Assembly: GCA_046292385.1 (NCBI GenBank)
Contig: JBKBRF010000014.1
Span: 56,234-120,233 of the forward strand
Source of the DNA: Armatimonadota bacterium
GTDB taxonomy: Bacteria > Armatimonadota > SYMT01
DNA: 64,000 nucleotides
Direction of reading: 5' to 3'
Shown here: piece by piece, positions 20,035-29,525 of the stretch
How positions within the stretch are numbered: position 1 is the stretch's first letter
How the letters are laid out: the number at the start of each line of letters is the position of its first letter
Position numbers and translations under genes: made by a program
The notes under the pieces: model-generated
The model's input: only the letters and a program-made list of their open reading frames with translations
Told to the model about the DNA's origin: nothing
The model's database searches: none

Positions 20035-21153
20035 CTACTTGATGCCGGCCTTCTCGATCGCCTCGCGCATGGCGGTCTCGTTGAAGCCGACGCCGCGCCA
20101 CAGGATCGTGCCGTCCGCCCCGATCAGGTAGTTGGTCGGGTAGGCCTGCACGCCGTAGGCCTTGCCGAGGGTGTACTTGTCGCGGTCGCCGCCCATCACG
20201 ATCGGGAACGACCAGCTGTTGTCCTTGATGTATTTCTGGACCGTCTCCAGCTTGTCGGAGGCGTTCACGGCGACCAGGCCCAGGCCCTTGTCCTTCAGCT
20301 CGGTGTAGATCTTCTGGAGGTGAGGAAACTCCTCACGGCAGGCGCCTCAGCCATAGAACCAGAAGTTGATCACCACCGCCTTCTTGCCCTGGAGCGCCTG
20401 CTCCAGGCTGAGCTGCTGGCCGTCCGGGGTGGGGAGCTGGAAGCTCGGCGCCTTGCTGCCGACCTTCAACAGGCTGTCCTCGAAGTCGGGCTGCTTGAAC
20501 TCTTCGAAGCCCGCCGGGACCTTGAACGCGAACTGCTGCGCGGTCAGCGGCGCGTCGAGCTTCAGGTTCTTGATCCAGATGCGCTGGGTCAGCTTCTGCT
20601 CGCCGTTGCCGAACGTCATCTCCGCCCCTTCCGGCACGCCGGCAGCGGTGAAGAAGAGCTTCTGGGTCTGGCCGCCCGCGCCGGAAACCTGCACTACCTC
20701 GTAGCTCTTGGCGCCGACCTTCTGCGTCCCCAGGTGCTTCGTCTCGCCCCCGGCTCCGAGGGAGTCCGGGTTGAAGAACGCCGCGCCGATCGGGCCCGCA
20801 GCGCTGCCGATCATGCCGCCCTTCTCGTCCGCAGGCTGCTTGAGGTACTGCTTCTGGGAGTCGAGCGTGATGTAGACTTCTTTCCCGGTCGACTGAAAAC
20901 TCTGGCTGCCTTCGGGCGTCTTCAGGGTCAGCTTGCCGAGGTTCGGCTTCAGAAGCTGCACCGTGCCGGTGAGCTCCTGCTTCTCCCCGTCGCTGTTGAT
21001 GTTGATCTGGAGATCCCCGGTCAGGCTCTTCGCCTTCTTCAGGCTCTCCCGCGCCTTCGCCAGGAGCGCGTCGGATTTCGAGTCCGCGTGGGCCGCCGCC
21101 ACCGCCACCAGGGCGGCCGCGCAGGCCAGCGCGGAGATGGGTCGCAAACGCAT
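20035..21153 (-). CDS. Exported LolA-like + TlpA/redoxin fusion; probable selenoprotein (UxxC, TGA at 20347-20349)
   Basis: The ORF-track pieces 20347..21153 and 20035..20268 are in frame. Reading through TGA gives INFWFYG-U-GACREEFPHLQKIY...YGVQAYPTNYLI, matching the TlpA NFWxxxCxxCxxExP motif plus cis-Pro. Confidence 0.9.
20320..20336 (-). promoter_or_regulatory. Putative bacterial SECIS hairpin
   Basis: mRNA reads UGA-GGCGCCUGCC-GUGAGGA-GUU-UCCUCAC: a 7-bp stem starting 11 nt after UGA, with a loop beginning with G. Confidence 0.75.
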
Positions 21154-21216
21154 GGCATACCTCCGATGGGGCCGTGGAGCTCCGGCGAGGCCGCCGGATT
21201 CCGGACCTCGGTCACG

Positions 21217-22368
21217 CTACTTTACCCCGAGCTTCTCAATCGCATCCCGCAGGGTCTTCTCCGTGGCGGGAGAGAAGCCGACTCCCCGCCACGCGACCTT
21301 TCCTTCCGAATCGAGCAGGTAGTTGGTGGGGTAGGCGCGCACTCCGTACGCCTTCCCCAGCGTGTACTGCTCCCCCTTGCCGCCCATCACGATCGGGAAG
21401 GTGAACTTCCCTTCCTGCACGTACTTCCGGATCGTCTCCTCGCTGTCGCCCCGGTTGACGGCGATCAGCTCGAGACCCCGGTCCTTCAACTCTTCGTAGA
21501 TCTTCTGGAGGTGCGGAAACTCCGCACGGCAGGCGCCTCAGCCGTAGAACCAGAAGTTGATCAGGACCGCCTTCTTCTCTTTGAGCGCGCTTTCCAGGCT
21601 CAGTTGCCCGCCGCCCGGTTGGGGCAGCTGGAACCGTGGCGCCTCTTTGCCTACCGGGATCAGCTCCGCCGTGTAGTCCGGCGCCACCGGCTGCGCGATG
21701 ACATATTTCTGGTAGCCCTCCGGAATCTCCCGCACCAGCTCTTCCGGCTTCGCCGGCTCGTTCAGGCGCACTTCCGTGAGCCAGCCGGAGTTGCGCAGCA
21801 TCTGGTCGCCGGTGCGGAAGAGGAGCTCCACCCCGCGCAGCACTCCCGCTTCGTCGAAGAAGAAGCTCCGCTCCTGCGGCGCCCGCTCCGCCCGGAGCTG
21901 CAGCACTTCGTAGGTCCGGCCGTCCACCTCCTTCCGGCCGCCGTAGCTCAGCGTGCCGGCCTCCAGCTCCGCCTTCAGGTTCAAGAAGGCGTGCATCGGC
22001 ATGAACGTCCCACCGAAGCCGACGTTACGCCCCTGGGGATCGGCGGCCGATTCCAGGAACTGCTTCTGCGACGTCATCAGCCGGAGGAGCTGCTTTCCGT
22101 CCGAGACGACGGTCTGGACGGGGGCGCCCTCGAAGAGCACCGTGTAGCGTGCCAGGTTCGGGCGCTGGATGACCCCCTTGACCCGGTACTCGAATTCTCG
22201 ACCGCCGCCGCCGCGCGTGATCTTCATCTCACCGCGCAGCGTCTGGATCTTCTCCGCCGCCGCCAGGGCTCGCGCCTTCAGCGCCTCCGCCTGCTCGTCG
22301 GCGCGCGCCGCCAGGCCCAGCGCCAGCACGCCCAGCGCCGCCAGCAGTCCCGCATGCCGTCTCCTCAT
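21217..22368 (-). CDS. Second exported LolA-like + TlpA/redoxin fusion; probable selenoprotein (UxxC, TGA at 21538-21540)
   Basis: The pieces 21538..22413 and 21217..21489 are in frame. Readthrough gives INFWFYG-U-GACRAEFPHLQKIY...YGVRAYPTNYLL; signal peptide MRRRHAGLLAALGVLALGLAARA. Confidence 0.9.
21511..21527 (-). promoter_or_regulatory. Putative bacterial SECIS hairpin
   Basis: mRNA reads UGA-GGCGCCUGCC-GUGCGGA-GUU-UCCGCAC; same geometry as 20320-20336 with one A-U to C-G compensatory pair. Confidence 0.75.
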
Positions 22369-22606
22369 GCCGCCGCTCCTTTCCCGCCGCCGCCCGCGCG
22401 TCGGCCGTATCACTCTGTTGCCGATCCGGCACCGCGATCCCTCTCCTCGGCTCGCCGGCGGCGCGCTCCCGGAGAGGCACGCTTCAGGACGCCGGGGAAC
22501 AGGTATCCTTTAGAGGACGGCGACCTCGCGCGCGTTACGCCTGCACGGAGCGCCGATGGCCGGACCCATTTGCTTAGACGCACCGATTAGACGGAAGGAC
22601 CACCCC

Positions 22607-23797
22607 ATGTCGCTCCGCAGGCTTCAACCGTTCGCGGTGCTCTTCCTCGCGCTGGGAGCGCTGCTCCCCGGTCGCGCGCTGCAGGAGACCCCGCCGCCTC
22701 GCCCGGGTGAAGGTCACCTGGTCCAGTGGGAAGGCTGGAGCTTCCGCTGGTCGGTCCGCCCGCGCGAGGGGATCGTGCTCAGCGACGTGTCGTTCCAGGG
22801 CCGCAAGGTCTTAAAGCACGCCTCCATCGTGGAGATCTTCGTGCCGTACGACCAGGGCCAGCCGCGTCCGGAAGACTCGCTGGACGGGATGGGCGTCAAC
22901 CTGGTCGAGCTGCTCCCCGGAAAGGACTGCATCCCCGGCACGATCTGCCGCATGCTCAATGCCGAGGGCAAGGAAGAGGGGAAGCGGCTGGTGGGGCTGC
23001 ACGAGGAATACACCGGCCTGAACTACCTGGGCGACCAGGGCCGCTCCTACGGCAAGATGCTGGTGCTCTGGGGCAGCTCCCGGCTGGGGAAGTACACCTA
23101 CTTTCTCCGGTGGCGGTTCAGCAGCGACGGCAGCATGCACCCGGACGTGGGCCTCACCGGCCGCCTGGAGCATACCCGCCCCGGAACCACCACGCCGCAC
23201 GGCACGCAGGTGGGGCGCGAATCGAACGGTGAGCCGGTCTTCGCGCCGTCGCACGTCCACAATTTCTACTACCGCCTCGACTTCGACATCGACGGCGCCG
23301 CGGACGACGTGGTGGAGGAATCGAGCCACAAGCAGGACCAGCCCGGCCGGAGCCTCACCGCCCAGGACCAGTGGACGCCGGTGCTCCGGGAGGGCGGCCG
23401 CAGCCTCGACTCGGACGCGTTCCGCACCTGGCGGGTGGTCGACAAGAATTCGAAGAACGCCCTCGGACACCGGCGCTCCTACGAGCTGATGCCGGGCGGC
23501 AACGGCCGGTTCCGCGGCGCGGCGGAGGAGGCGTTCACCCAGGCCGACCTGTGGGTGACGCGCTACCGCCCCAACGAATTCCCGCTCAGCTCCGAGGTCC
23601 CGGTCCCCACCCGCCTCGCGCTGCCGCTCTTCACCAACCGGGAGCCGCTGGCGGAGCAGGACGTGGTGGTCTGGTACACGATGTCGGTCCACCATATCCC
23701 CCGCACGGAAGACTGGCCCGCCATGCCGGTCGTCTGGGCCGGCTTCAACCTGATGCCGAGAGACTTCCTGGACGGCAGCCCTTTGCGGCCGCAGTAG
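22607..23797 (+). CDS. Copper amine oxidase catalytic-domain homologue (exported; atypical TPQ motif)
   Basis: Signal peptide; W..WSFRW...REG.VL, EIFVPY, HVH Cu ligands, RLDFDIDG, LWVTRY and DVVVWY...HHIPRTEDWPAMP. Confidence 0.85.
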   Translation: MSLRRLQPFAVLFLALGALLPGRALQETPPPRPGEGHLVQWEGWSFRWSVRPREGIVLSDVSFQGRKVLKHASIVEIFVPYDQGQPRPEDSLDGMGVNLVELLPGKDCIPGTICRMLNAEGKEEGKRLVGLHEEYTGLNYLGDQGRSYGKMLVLWGSSRLGKYTYFLRWRFSSDGSMHPDVGLTGRLEHTRPGTTTPHGTQVGRESNGEPVFAPSHVHNFYYRLDFDIDGAADDVVEESSHKQDQPGRSLTAQDQWTPVLREGGRSLDSDAFRTWRVVDKNSKNALGHRRSYELMPGGNGRFRGAAEEAFTQADLWVTRYRPNEFPLSSEVPVPTRLALPLFTNREPLAEQDVVVWYTMSVHHIPRTEDWPAMPVVWAGFNLMPRDFLDGSPLRPQ

Positions 23798-24009
23798 CGG
23801 CCGGTTGAGGGTCTAGCGTTTAGGGTGTAGGGTGTAGGAGCTCGGCAGCCTGGCTCACCCAAACCGACGCGCACGGCTTCATCGGTAAGCGTCGCGCTGG
23901 GGCCGGACCGACCGTGCGCGGGAGGTTCGGATTCCGCACTCCGTCCTCTGCACTCCGCCCTAAAGTCATCCGCTCGCACGTCTCCCTATCTCCTGACGAG
24001 GCCCTGACC

Positions 24010-24747
24010 GTGACGTTTCCTTTCTCACCCATCACCTATCTGGAGCCGCTCGACGTGGGGCGGGAGATCCAGCTCGACGCGCGGACGATGGAGGCGCTGG
24101 TGTTCCGGCAGATCCGAGTCTCGGAGGCGTTCACCCTGCGGGACTCCGCGGGCGACTACTTCCGGGCCAGCCTGCGCGAGGCGGGTCCCCGGGGTGGGGC
24201 GGCCGTGGTCTACGAGCGGATGGAGCGCTCCCCGGAGAGTCCGCTGCAGCTCTCCCTCTACTGCGCGGTGCTCGCCCGGCAGCGGATGATGCTGGTGACC
24301 CAGAAGGCGACGGAGCTCGGGGTAGTCCGGCTGCAGCCGCTCTTCACGGAGCACTCGGTTCCGCCGGAAGGGCTGCAGCATGAGAAGGCGCACGCCTGGC
24401 CCAACCAGGCGCTGCGGGCGGTGCGCCAGTGCCGCCGCGCCAGCGTGCCGGAGGTCCGCCCTACCGTGCCGCTAGCCGAAGCCGTGCAGTACCCCACCTG
24501 GCAGCGGGCGGAGGCGCGCTTCTACCTGGATGACCGCGCCGCGGAGAAGACACAGCTCTGGCGCGGCCCGCGGGAAGTGGTGCTGGCGGTCGGTCCCGAG
24601 GGCGGCTGGAGCGACCCCGAGCGCAGCCTCCTCCAGGCCTCCGGCGCTCTTCCCCTCGCCCTCGGCGGCCGCGTCCTCCGCTCCGAGACGGCGGTACTGG
24701 TCGGCGTTACCCTCCTGCAGCACCTGCTGGGCGACCTGCAAGTCTAA
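24010..24747 (+). CDS. rsmE: 16S rRNA (uracil-1498-N3)-methyltransferase RsmE family
   Basis: QKATELGV, AVRQCRR, VGPEGGWS and LGGRVLRSETA motifs; start approximate. Confidence 0.88.
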   Translation: MTFPFSPITYLEPLDVGREIQLDARTMEALVFRQIRVSEAFTLRDSAGDYFRASLREAGPRGGAAVVYERMERSPESPLQLSLYCAVLARQRMMLVTQKATELGVVRLQPLFTEHSVPPEGLQHEKAHAWPNQALRAVRQCRRASVPEVRPTVPLAEAVQYPTWQRAEARFYLDDRAAEKTQLWRGPREVVLAVGPEGGWSDPERSLLQASGALPLALGGRVLRSETAVLVGVTLLQHLLGDLQV

Positions 24748-24984
24748 TCAGCCCGAGCGGAGGTGTAAGAAAAGGGGATAGGGGGATGTATTGGGGATGG
24801 GGGGGATGTTTGGGGAAGCTAGCCGCGCCGCGGCTCGACTGATCCCGTGGAGCCAGCAGCGCCGCTGGCGTGACCGTCACCCGAGCATGGAGCCAGTTTC
24901 GGTTCCCGCACGCCAGGACTGAATCCCATCATCCCCTCATCCCCGTTCCTACATCTCCTCATCCCCTGAGAAGGTCCGGATCGC

Positions 24985-27159
24985 CTATTGCTCCACGGTC
25001 AGGTCGTCGATCAGCAGCGCGCCTTTTGGTTTGCGGGTGTCGTCCGGCTCTACCACGTAGACGGCTTCCAGCGAGATCGGGCCGGGGAGGTCTTCCGAGA
25101 GGGGGACGCGGAGCTCGCGCCAGGTGTCTTTCCAGTCGACGTTCCGGGCGATATCGACCAGGTGGGACGCTCCCTTCGCGTCCCGCAGCCGCGCGCGGAG
25201 CCAGGTGCCGAGTCCGTCACCAAAGACCCAGAGCTTGAACGCCAGCGGCTGGCCCAGCGGACGGCTGGCGAGGGCGTAGACGGCGCGGGTACCGGTGCCG
25301 GTGGTGAGGTCGTATTCCAGCCGCAGCGCGCGGGAGCCGGAGCGGGCTTTGCCGGCGCTGATCTGCACGGAGCCCTGCGCGCCGCCCGCGGTCTGGACTT
25401 TCCAGGCGCCGTCGGTCTCGAAGTCGTCCAGCGCCTTCGCGGCGCCGACCGCCACTTCCACCATCGCCTCGCCGGCGACGCCGTTCACCAGTGCCCGGAC
25501 CACGCCGCGCGCCGCCGCTTCGCCCGTCAGCAGCGTGCCGTCCGCGGCGAGCGTCCCGAGCTCCGGCGTGGCCTCCCACCGCACCTCGCCGGGCAGCGCC
25601 AGCGGCCGGCCGCGGGAGTCGACGGCGCGGACCGTGAAGGTAGACTGCAGGCGGGTGCCGAGGCGGGTGCTGCCGGTGACGACCACCTGCGACGGCCGCG
25701 GGTAGACGCGCACCGGGATCTCGCCCGCGGCGGCGCCGGCTTCCACGCGGATCCGGCCTTCAAGATACTCCGCGCCGGCGGGCGGCGAGGCTTCGGCCGA
25801 AGCGACGAAGCGGCCGTCCCGCACCGTCCCGAGCGCAGGATCGACACTCCAGCGCGCCGCTTCGGCCGGGAGCGCCACCGGGTTGTAGTGCTGGTCCTCA
25901 CCCGTGAGTGAAAGAGGCACTTCGGCACCGGCCAGCGCCGCCACTTCGCCCGGGGTGGTGATGATGCGCACCGCCTCGCCCTTCGGCGCGGTGCTGAAGA
26001 CGAGCAGGCCGTTTGCGACGGGGCGCTCCCGGCCGTCCGACGGTCGGTTCAGGATGCTGCCGCGCATCCAGAGAGTGGTGGAGCCGCCGCCGTCCATGTT
26101 CAGCGCGTCGGTGCAGCCGAGATCGACCATCGCCTGCGCCAGCTCGGGCAGGCTCATCCCGATGCTCTGTCCGGGCAGGCGCCCGTCCACCGTAAACAGG
26201 TAGAGCTTGCTGCCGTTGAAGCCGATGGCGGTGCGCGGATGGCGGGTGCGCGCAAAGGCGCCGTCGATGCTGCCGGCTTCCTTCTCGATCGAGACGCGGC
26301 CGTTGCGCACGAGGCGCGGCCCACCGCCGAGCAGCTGGTCTCCGGGGCCGACGGCAGGGTCGAAGTCGATCTTCAGCTCCAGCACGTCGTCCGGCTTCAG
26401 GCCGCGCAGCAGGAAGCCCGCCGGTCCGGAGCCGGAGAGCACCCAGCCGCCGGGCGCGATCGGCGCGTTCCCGGCACCGCTCTGGACCGCCCGCACCCGC
26501 GCCCGGTGGACTACTCCGTTTTGCAGCGGGAACTGCTCGGGCTCCAGGTAGACTTCCGTCCCCTCGGCAGAGGTACGTGTAGACGGCCCGAACCACGGGG
26601 TATAGATCACCAGCTGGTTTGCGCCGCGCGGGTGGTTCACGGAGGTGATCTCGCGCTCGATGCCGCTGGGGAGCGCCAGCTTGCCGGTGGCGCGGAAGAT
26701 CTGGATCGACGGAGTCCCGCTCTGGGGGAGCACCAGGCAGGAGCGGTTGAACGGGGTCCGGATCACCTCGCCGTTTAGAATGGCGGCATTTGTGGGGATG
26801 CCCGGCTGCTGGGTGCTGGGGTAGTAGAAGAAGTCGCCGTTCACGCCGGCGATCGGGTAGCGGGTCTCCTGCGTCAGCCGCTCGGCCTGGCGGGAAAGCG
26901 GCTCCAGGCCGAGGGTGCCGCCGCGGCCGAGGGAGACCCCGAGCTGGATCAGCGGCTGGGTGGTGTCCACTTCCACCGCGTAACAGACGTTCGGACCCTC
27001 CGCGGAGGCGCGGGTCCACTGCAGGAGCCGCACCCCCGGCCCGATGAAGCGCTCCGAGCGCTCCTGGGCCGCGGCGCCGGCGCAGAGGGCGAGCACGGCG
27101 CATAGAATGAAGACGAGCGAGGTGCGGCGGCGGATCACAGAACCGGGCAAGGCGGGCAT
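24985..27159 (-). CDS. Phosphodiester glycosidase (NAGPA) family exported protein with C-terminal Ig-like and carbohydrate-binding-like domains
   Basis: AGVNGDFF, GGGPRLV, RHPRTAIG, TVDGR, ALNMDGGGST and NRPSDGRERPVAN. Confidence 0.88.
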   Translation of the reverse strand: MPALPGSVIRRRTSLVFILCAVLALCAGAAAQERSERFIGPGVRLLQWTRASAEGPNVCYAVEVDTTQPLIQLGVSLGRGGTLGLEPLSRQAERLTQETRYPIAGVNGDFFYYPSTQQPGIPTNAAILNGEVIRTPFNRSCLVLPQSGTPSIQIFRATGKLALPSGIEREITSVNHPRGANQLVIYTPWFGPSTRTSAEGTEVYLEPEQFPLQNGVVHRARVRAVQSGAGNAPIAPGGWVLSGSGPAGFLLRGLKPDDVLELKIDFDPAVGPGDQLLGGGPRLVRNGRVSIEKEAGSIDGAFARTRHPRTAIGFNGSKLYLFTVDGRLPGQSIGMSLPELAQAMVDLGCTDALNMDGGGSTTLWMRGSILNRPSDGRERPVANGLLVFSTAPKGEAVRIITTPGEVAALAGAEVPLSLTGEDQHYNPVALPAEAARWSVDPALGTVRDGRFVASAEASPPAGAEYLEGRIRVEAGAAAGEIPVRVYPRPSQVVVTGSTRLGTRLQSTFTVRAVDSRGRPLALPGEVRWEATPELGTLAADGTLLTGEAAARGVVRALVNGVAGEAMVEVAVGAAKALDDFETDGAWKVQTAGGAQGSVQISAGKARSGSRALRLEYDLTTGTGTRAVYALASRPLGQPLAFKLWVFGDGLGTWLRARLRDAKGASHLVDIARNVDWKDTWRELRVPLSEDLPGPISLEAVYVVEPDDTRKPKGALLIDDLTVEQ

Positions 27160-27238
27160 GGCACTAATATCCGGCGGGCGGGTGTCGATTTGACGTGAAC
27201 TGAGGCGCCGCCTATCATGTCGGCCGGGAGACTAGAGA

Positions 27239-29431
27239 ATGATCAGTCGGAGCGCCAAGCGGCGAATTAAGAAGATCCTGCTCTGGATGGAGGTGACGCT
27301 GATCCTCGTCCTGGGAGCCGGCATGGGCGTGGCGCTCGGCGTATTCTACCAGATGAATCGCCTCCTGCCGCCGGACGCCGCGCTGGACACCTACCGCGCG
27401 CCGGTGGGCACCAAGATCTACTCTTCGGACGGCGTGCTGCTGGCCAAGCTGGCGGAAGAGAACCGCGAGCCGGTGCCGCTGGAGAAGATCCCGAAGACGA
27501 TGCAGGACGCGATCGTCGCGATCGAGGATGCCCGCTTCTACAGTCACAGCGGTCTCGACTACAAGGGTCTGGCACGCGCCCTCTGGACCAACGTGAGCGG
27601 CCGGGAGCTGGCGCAGGGCGCCAGCACCATCACCATGCAGCTCGCGCGGAACATGTTCTTCAGCCAGAAGAAGAAGATGTCCCGGAAGGTCAAAGAGATC
27701 CTGATGGCGGTCCAGATCGAGCGGAAGTGGACCAAGCGCCAGATCCTGGAAGCCTACCTGAACCAGGTTTACTTCGGAGCCGGCGCCTACGGCGTGCGCT
27801 CCGCGTCGCAGACCTACTTCCGCAAGAACCTCGACGACCTGACGCTGGAAGAAGCCGCACTCCTCGCCGGGCTGCCGCAGCGGCCCAGCGCGTTCAACCC
27901 GTTCCAGGTCCACGCCGAGGAGGGGAACTACAAGCGCACGAAGGCCCGGCGCGACGACGTGCTGGAGCGCATGGCGCAGCTCGGCTTCGTGACGCGCGAG
28001 CAGGCCGAAGAGGCGAAAGAGAAGCCGGTCAAGGTAGCCAAGAGCCGCCCGCAGACCGTCGGCTACTTCAAGGCGAAGTATTTCTGCCAGTACGTGGTGG
28101 ACGAGCTGAAGGAGCGGTACGGCTACGACCAGGACCTGATCGAGAAGGCGGGCCTTAAAGTCGTCACCACGCTGAACTGGAAGATGCAGCAGGAAGCGGA
28201 GAAGGCGGCGAAGCAGGGGCTGGCCAAGTACAGCGGCTGGGGCAACGTCTCCGAAGTGGCGCTGATCTCGCTCGATCCCAACAGCGGCTACATCCGCGCG
28301 ATGGTCGGCGGCGTGCAGGAGCCGTGGGACAAGTACCAGTTCAACTGCGCCACGCAGGCGAAGCGGCAGCCGGGCTCGTCGTTCAAGACGTTCGTCTACG
28401 CGGCGGCGCTGCAGGCGGGGAAGACCCCCTACTCCAGCGTAAACGGAAACGCCGCAATCCGGATGCCGGACGGCACGGTCTGGGCTCCGAAGAACCACGG
28501 CGGCGGTGGCGGCGGAATGATGTCGTACCGCAGCGCCTTCCAGAGCTCCGTCAACGGGGCGGCGGCGAACGTCTGCTACGACGTGGGCCCGCGCAACGTG
28601 GCCAACCTGGCGATGCGCCTCGGCCTGGAAGGTCCGATCCCGGCGTACCCGTCGATCGCGCTCGGGACGATCGAGGCGACGCCGCTGGAGATGGCCACCG
28701 CCTACGCGCCGTTTGCCGCGCGCGGAAAGAAGGCGGAGCCGCTGGCGATCCTCCGGATCCAGAACCAGGACGGCGAGATCGTGGAGGACGTGCAGCCGAA
28801 GGTGAAGGACTCCGGTCTGACCCCGCAGACGGTAGAGGGAATGGGCGAGCTGACCCGCGCCGTGGTAACGAGCGGGACCGGACGGGGCGCCAGCCGCGTG
28901 CCGAACGCCCACGGCAAGACCGGCACTACCGAGAAGAACACCGACGCCTGGTTCGTGGGCTACGTTCCCGGCGAGCTGGTGACGGCGGTCTGGGCGGGAA
29001 ACCGGAACAACCGGCCGATGTCGCACAGCCTCTACGGCGGCACGATCTGCGCGCCGATCTGGGCGGACTACATGGAAGACGCCGTGAAGCTCAACCCGGC
29101 CAACAAGAAGAGACCGAAGGTGGAGACGCTGGCGAAGGAGGCGCGTCCGCGGCGGGCTCGCCCCCGGCCGGCGCCGGCGGCGCCTTCCGCGGACGAGAAC
29201 GACCGCAACCGCGTGAGCGCTACGGTCTGCTCCGTGAGCGGGCTCCTGGCCCGGGACGGCTGCGAGAGCACGGAGCGGCTGGAGTTCCGGCTGGGACAGC
29301 AGCCGCTGACCCGCTGCACCCTCCACACCGGCGAGAAGCCGAAGCAGGACGCCAAGAAAGAGGAGTCGCAGAAAGCAGACGCCCCGGACGCCGGGACGCT
29401 CGCCCCCGCAGCCGCCGGCACGAGCGACTGA
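27239..29431 (+). CDS. Class A penicillin-binding protein (PBP1A family)
   Basis: TM anchor; transglycosylase AIEDARF, GASTITMQL and RKVKE; transpeptidase QPGSSFK, SVN and GKTGTT. Confidence 0.95.
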   Translation: MISRSAKRRIKKILLWMEVTLILVLGAGMGVALGVFYQMNRLLPPDAALDTYRAPVGTKIYSSDGVLLAKLAEENREPVPLEKIPKTMQDAIVAIEDARFYSHSGLDYKGLARALWTNVSGRELAQGASTITMQLARNMFFSQKKKMSRKVKEILMAVQIERKWTKRQILEAYLNQVYFGAGAYGVRSASQTYFRKNLDDLTLEEAALLAGLPQRPSAFNPFQVHAEEGNYKRTKARRDDVLERMAQLGFVTREQAEEAKEKPVKVAKSRPQTVGYFKAKYFCQYVVDELKERYGYDQDLIEKAGLKVVTTLNWKMQQEAEKAAKQGLAKYSGWGNVSEVALISLDPNSGYIRAMVGGVQEPWDKYQFNCATQAKRQPGSSFKTFVYAAALQAGKTPYSSVNGNAAIRMPDGTVWAPKNHGGGGGGMMSYRSAFQSSVNGAAANVCYDVGPRNVANLAMRLGLEGPIPAYPSIALGTIEATPLEMATAYAPFAARGKKAEPLAILRIQNQDGEIVEDVQPKVKDSGLTPQTVEGMGELTRAVVTSGTGRGASRVPNAHGKTGTTEKNTDAWFVGYVPGELVTAVWAGNRNNRPMSHSLYGGTICAPIWADYMEDAVKLNPANKKRPKVETLAKEARPRRARPRPAPAAPSADENDRNRVSATVCSVSGLLARDGCESTERLEFRLGQQPLTRCTLHTGEKPKQDAKKEESQKADAPDAGTLAPAAAGTSD

Positions 29432-29459
29432 CGCCCCCTCGCGCCCCTGACATGGGAAA

Positions 29460-29491
29460 GACCGGGATGGCAGCTACTCGCCATCCCGGTC
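29460..29491. terminator. Hairpin between convergent genes, probably a bidirectional terminator
   Basis: gaccgggatgg-cagctactcg-ccatcccggtc (11-bp stem) followed by tgctttt. Confidence 0.65.
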
Positions 29492-29525
29492 TGCTTTTGT
29501 CCGGCCCCGAAAACGCGCGGCTCGC

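Noticed and set aside
20347..21540. Nonsense-mutation pseudogene interpretation of the split redoxin genes
   Set aside because: The same TGA occurs at the catalytic Cys position in two diverged paralogues, with intact downstream frames and a covarying hairpin.
16752..22590. Very long plus-strand ORFs (1096 aa and 1001 aa) and similar ones at 2623, 5388 and 49816
   Set aside because: They are antisense shadows of real minus-strand genes, expected in high-GC DNA, with no motifs and Arg/Gly/Ala-rich composition.
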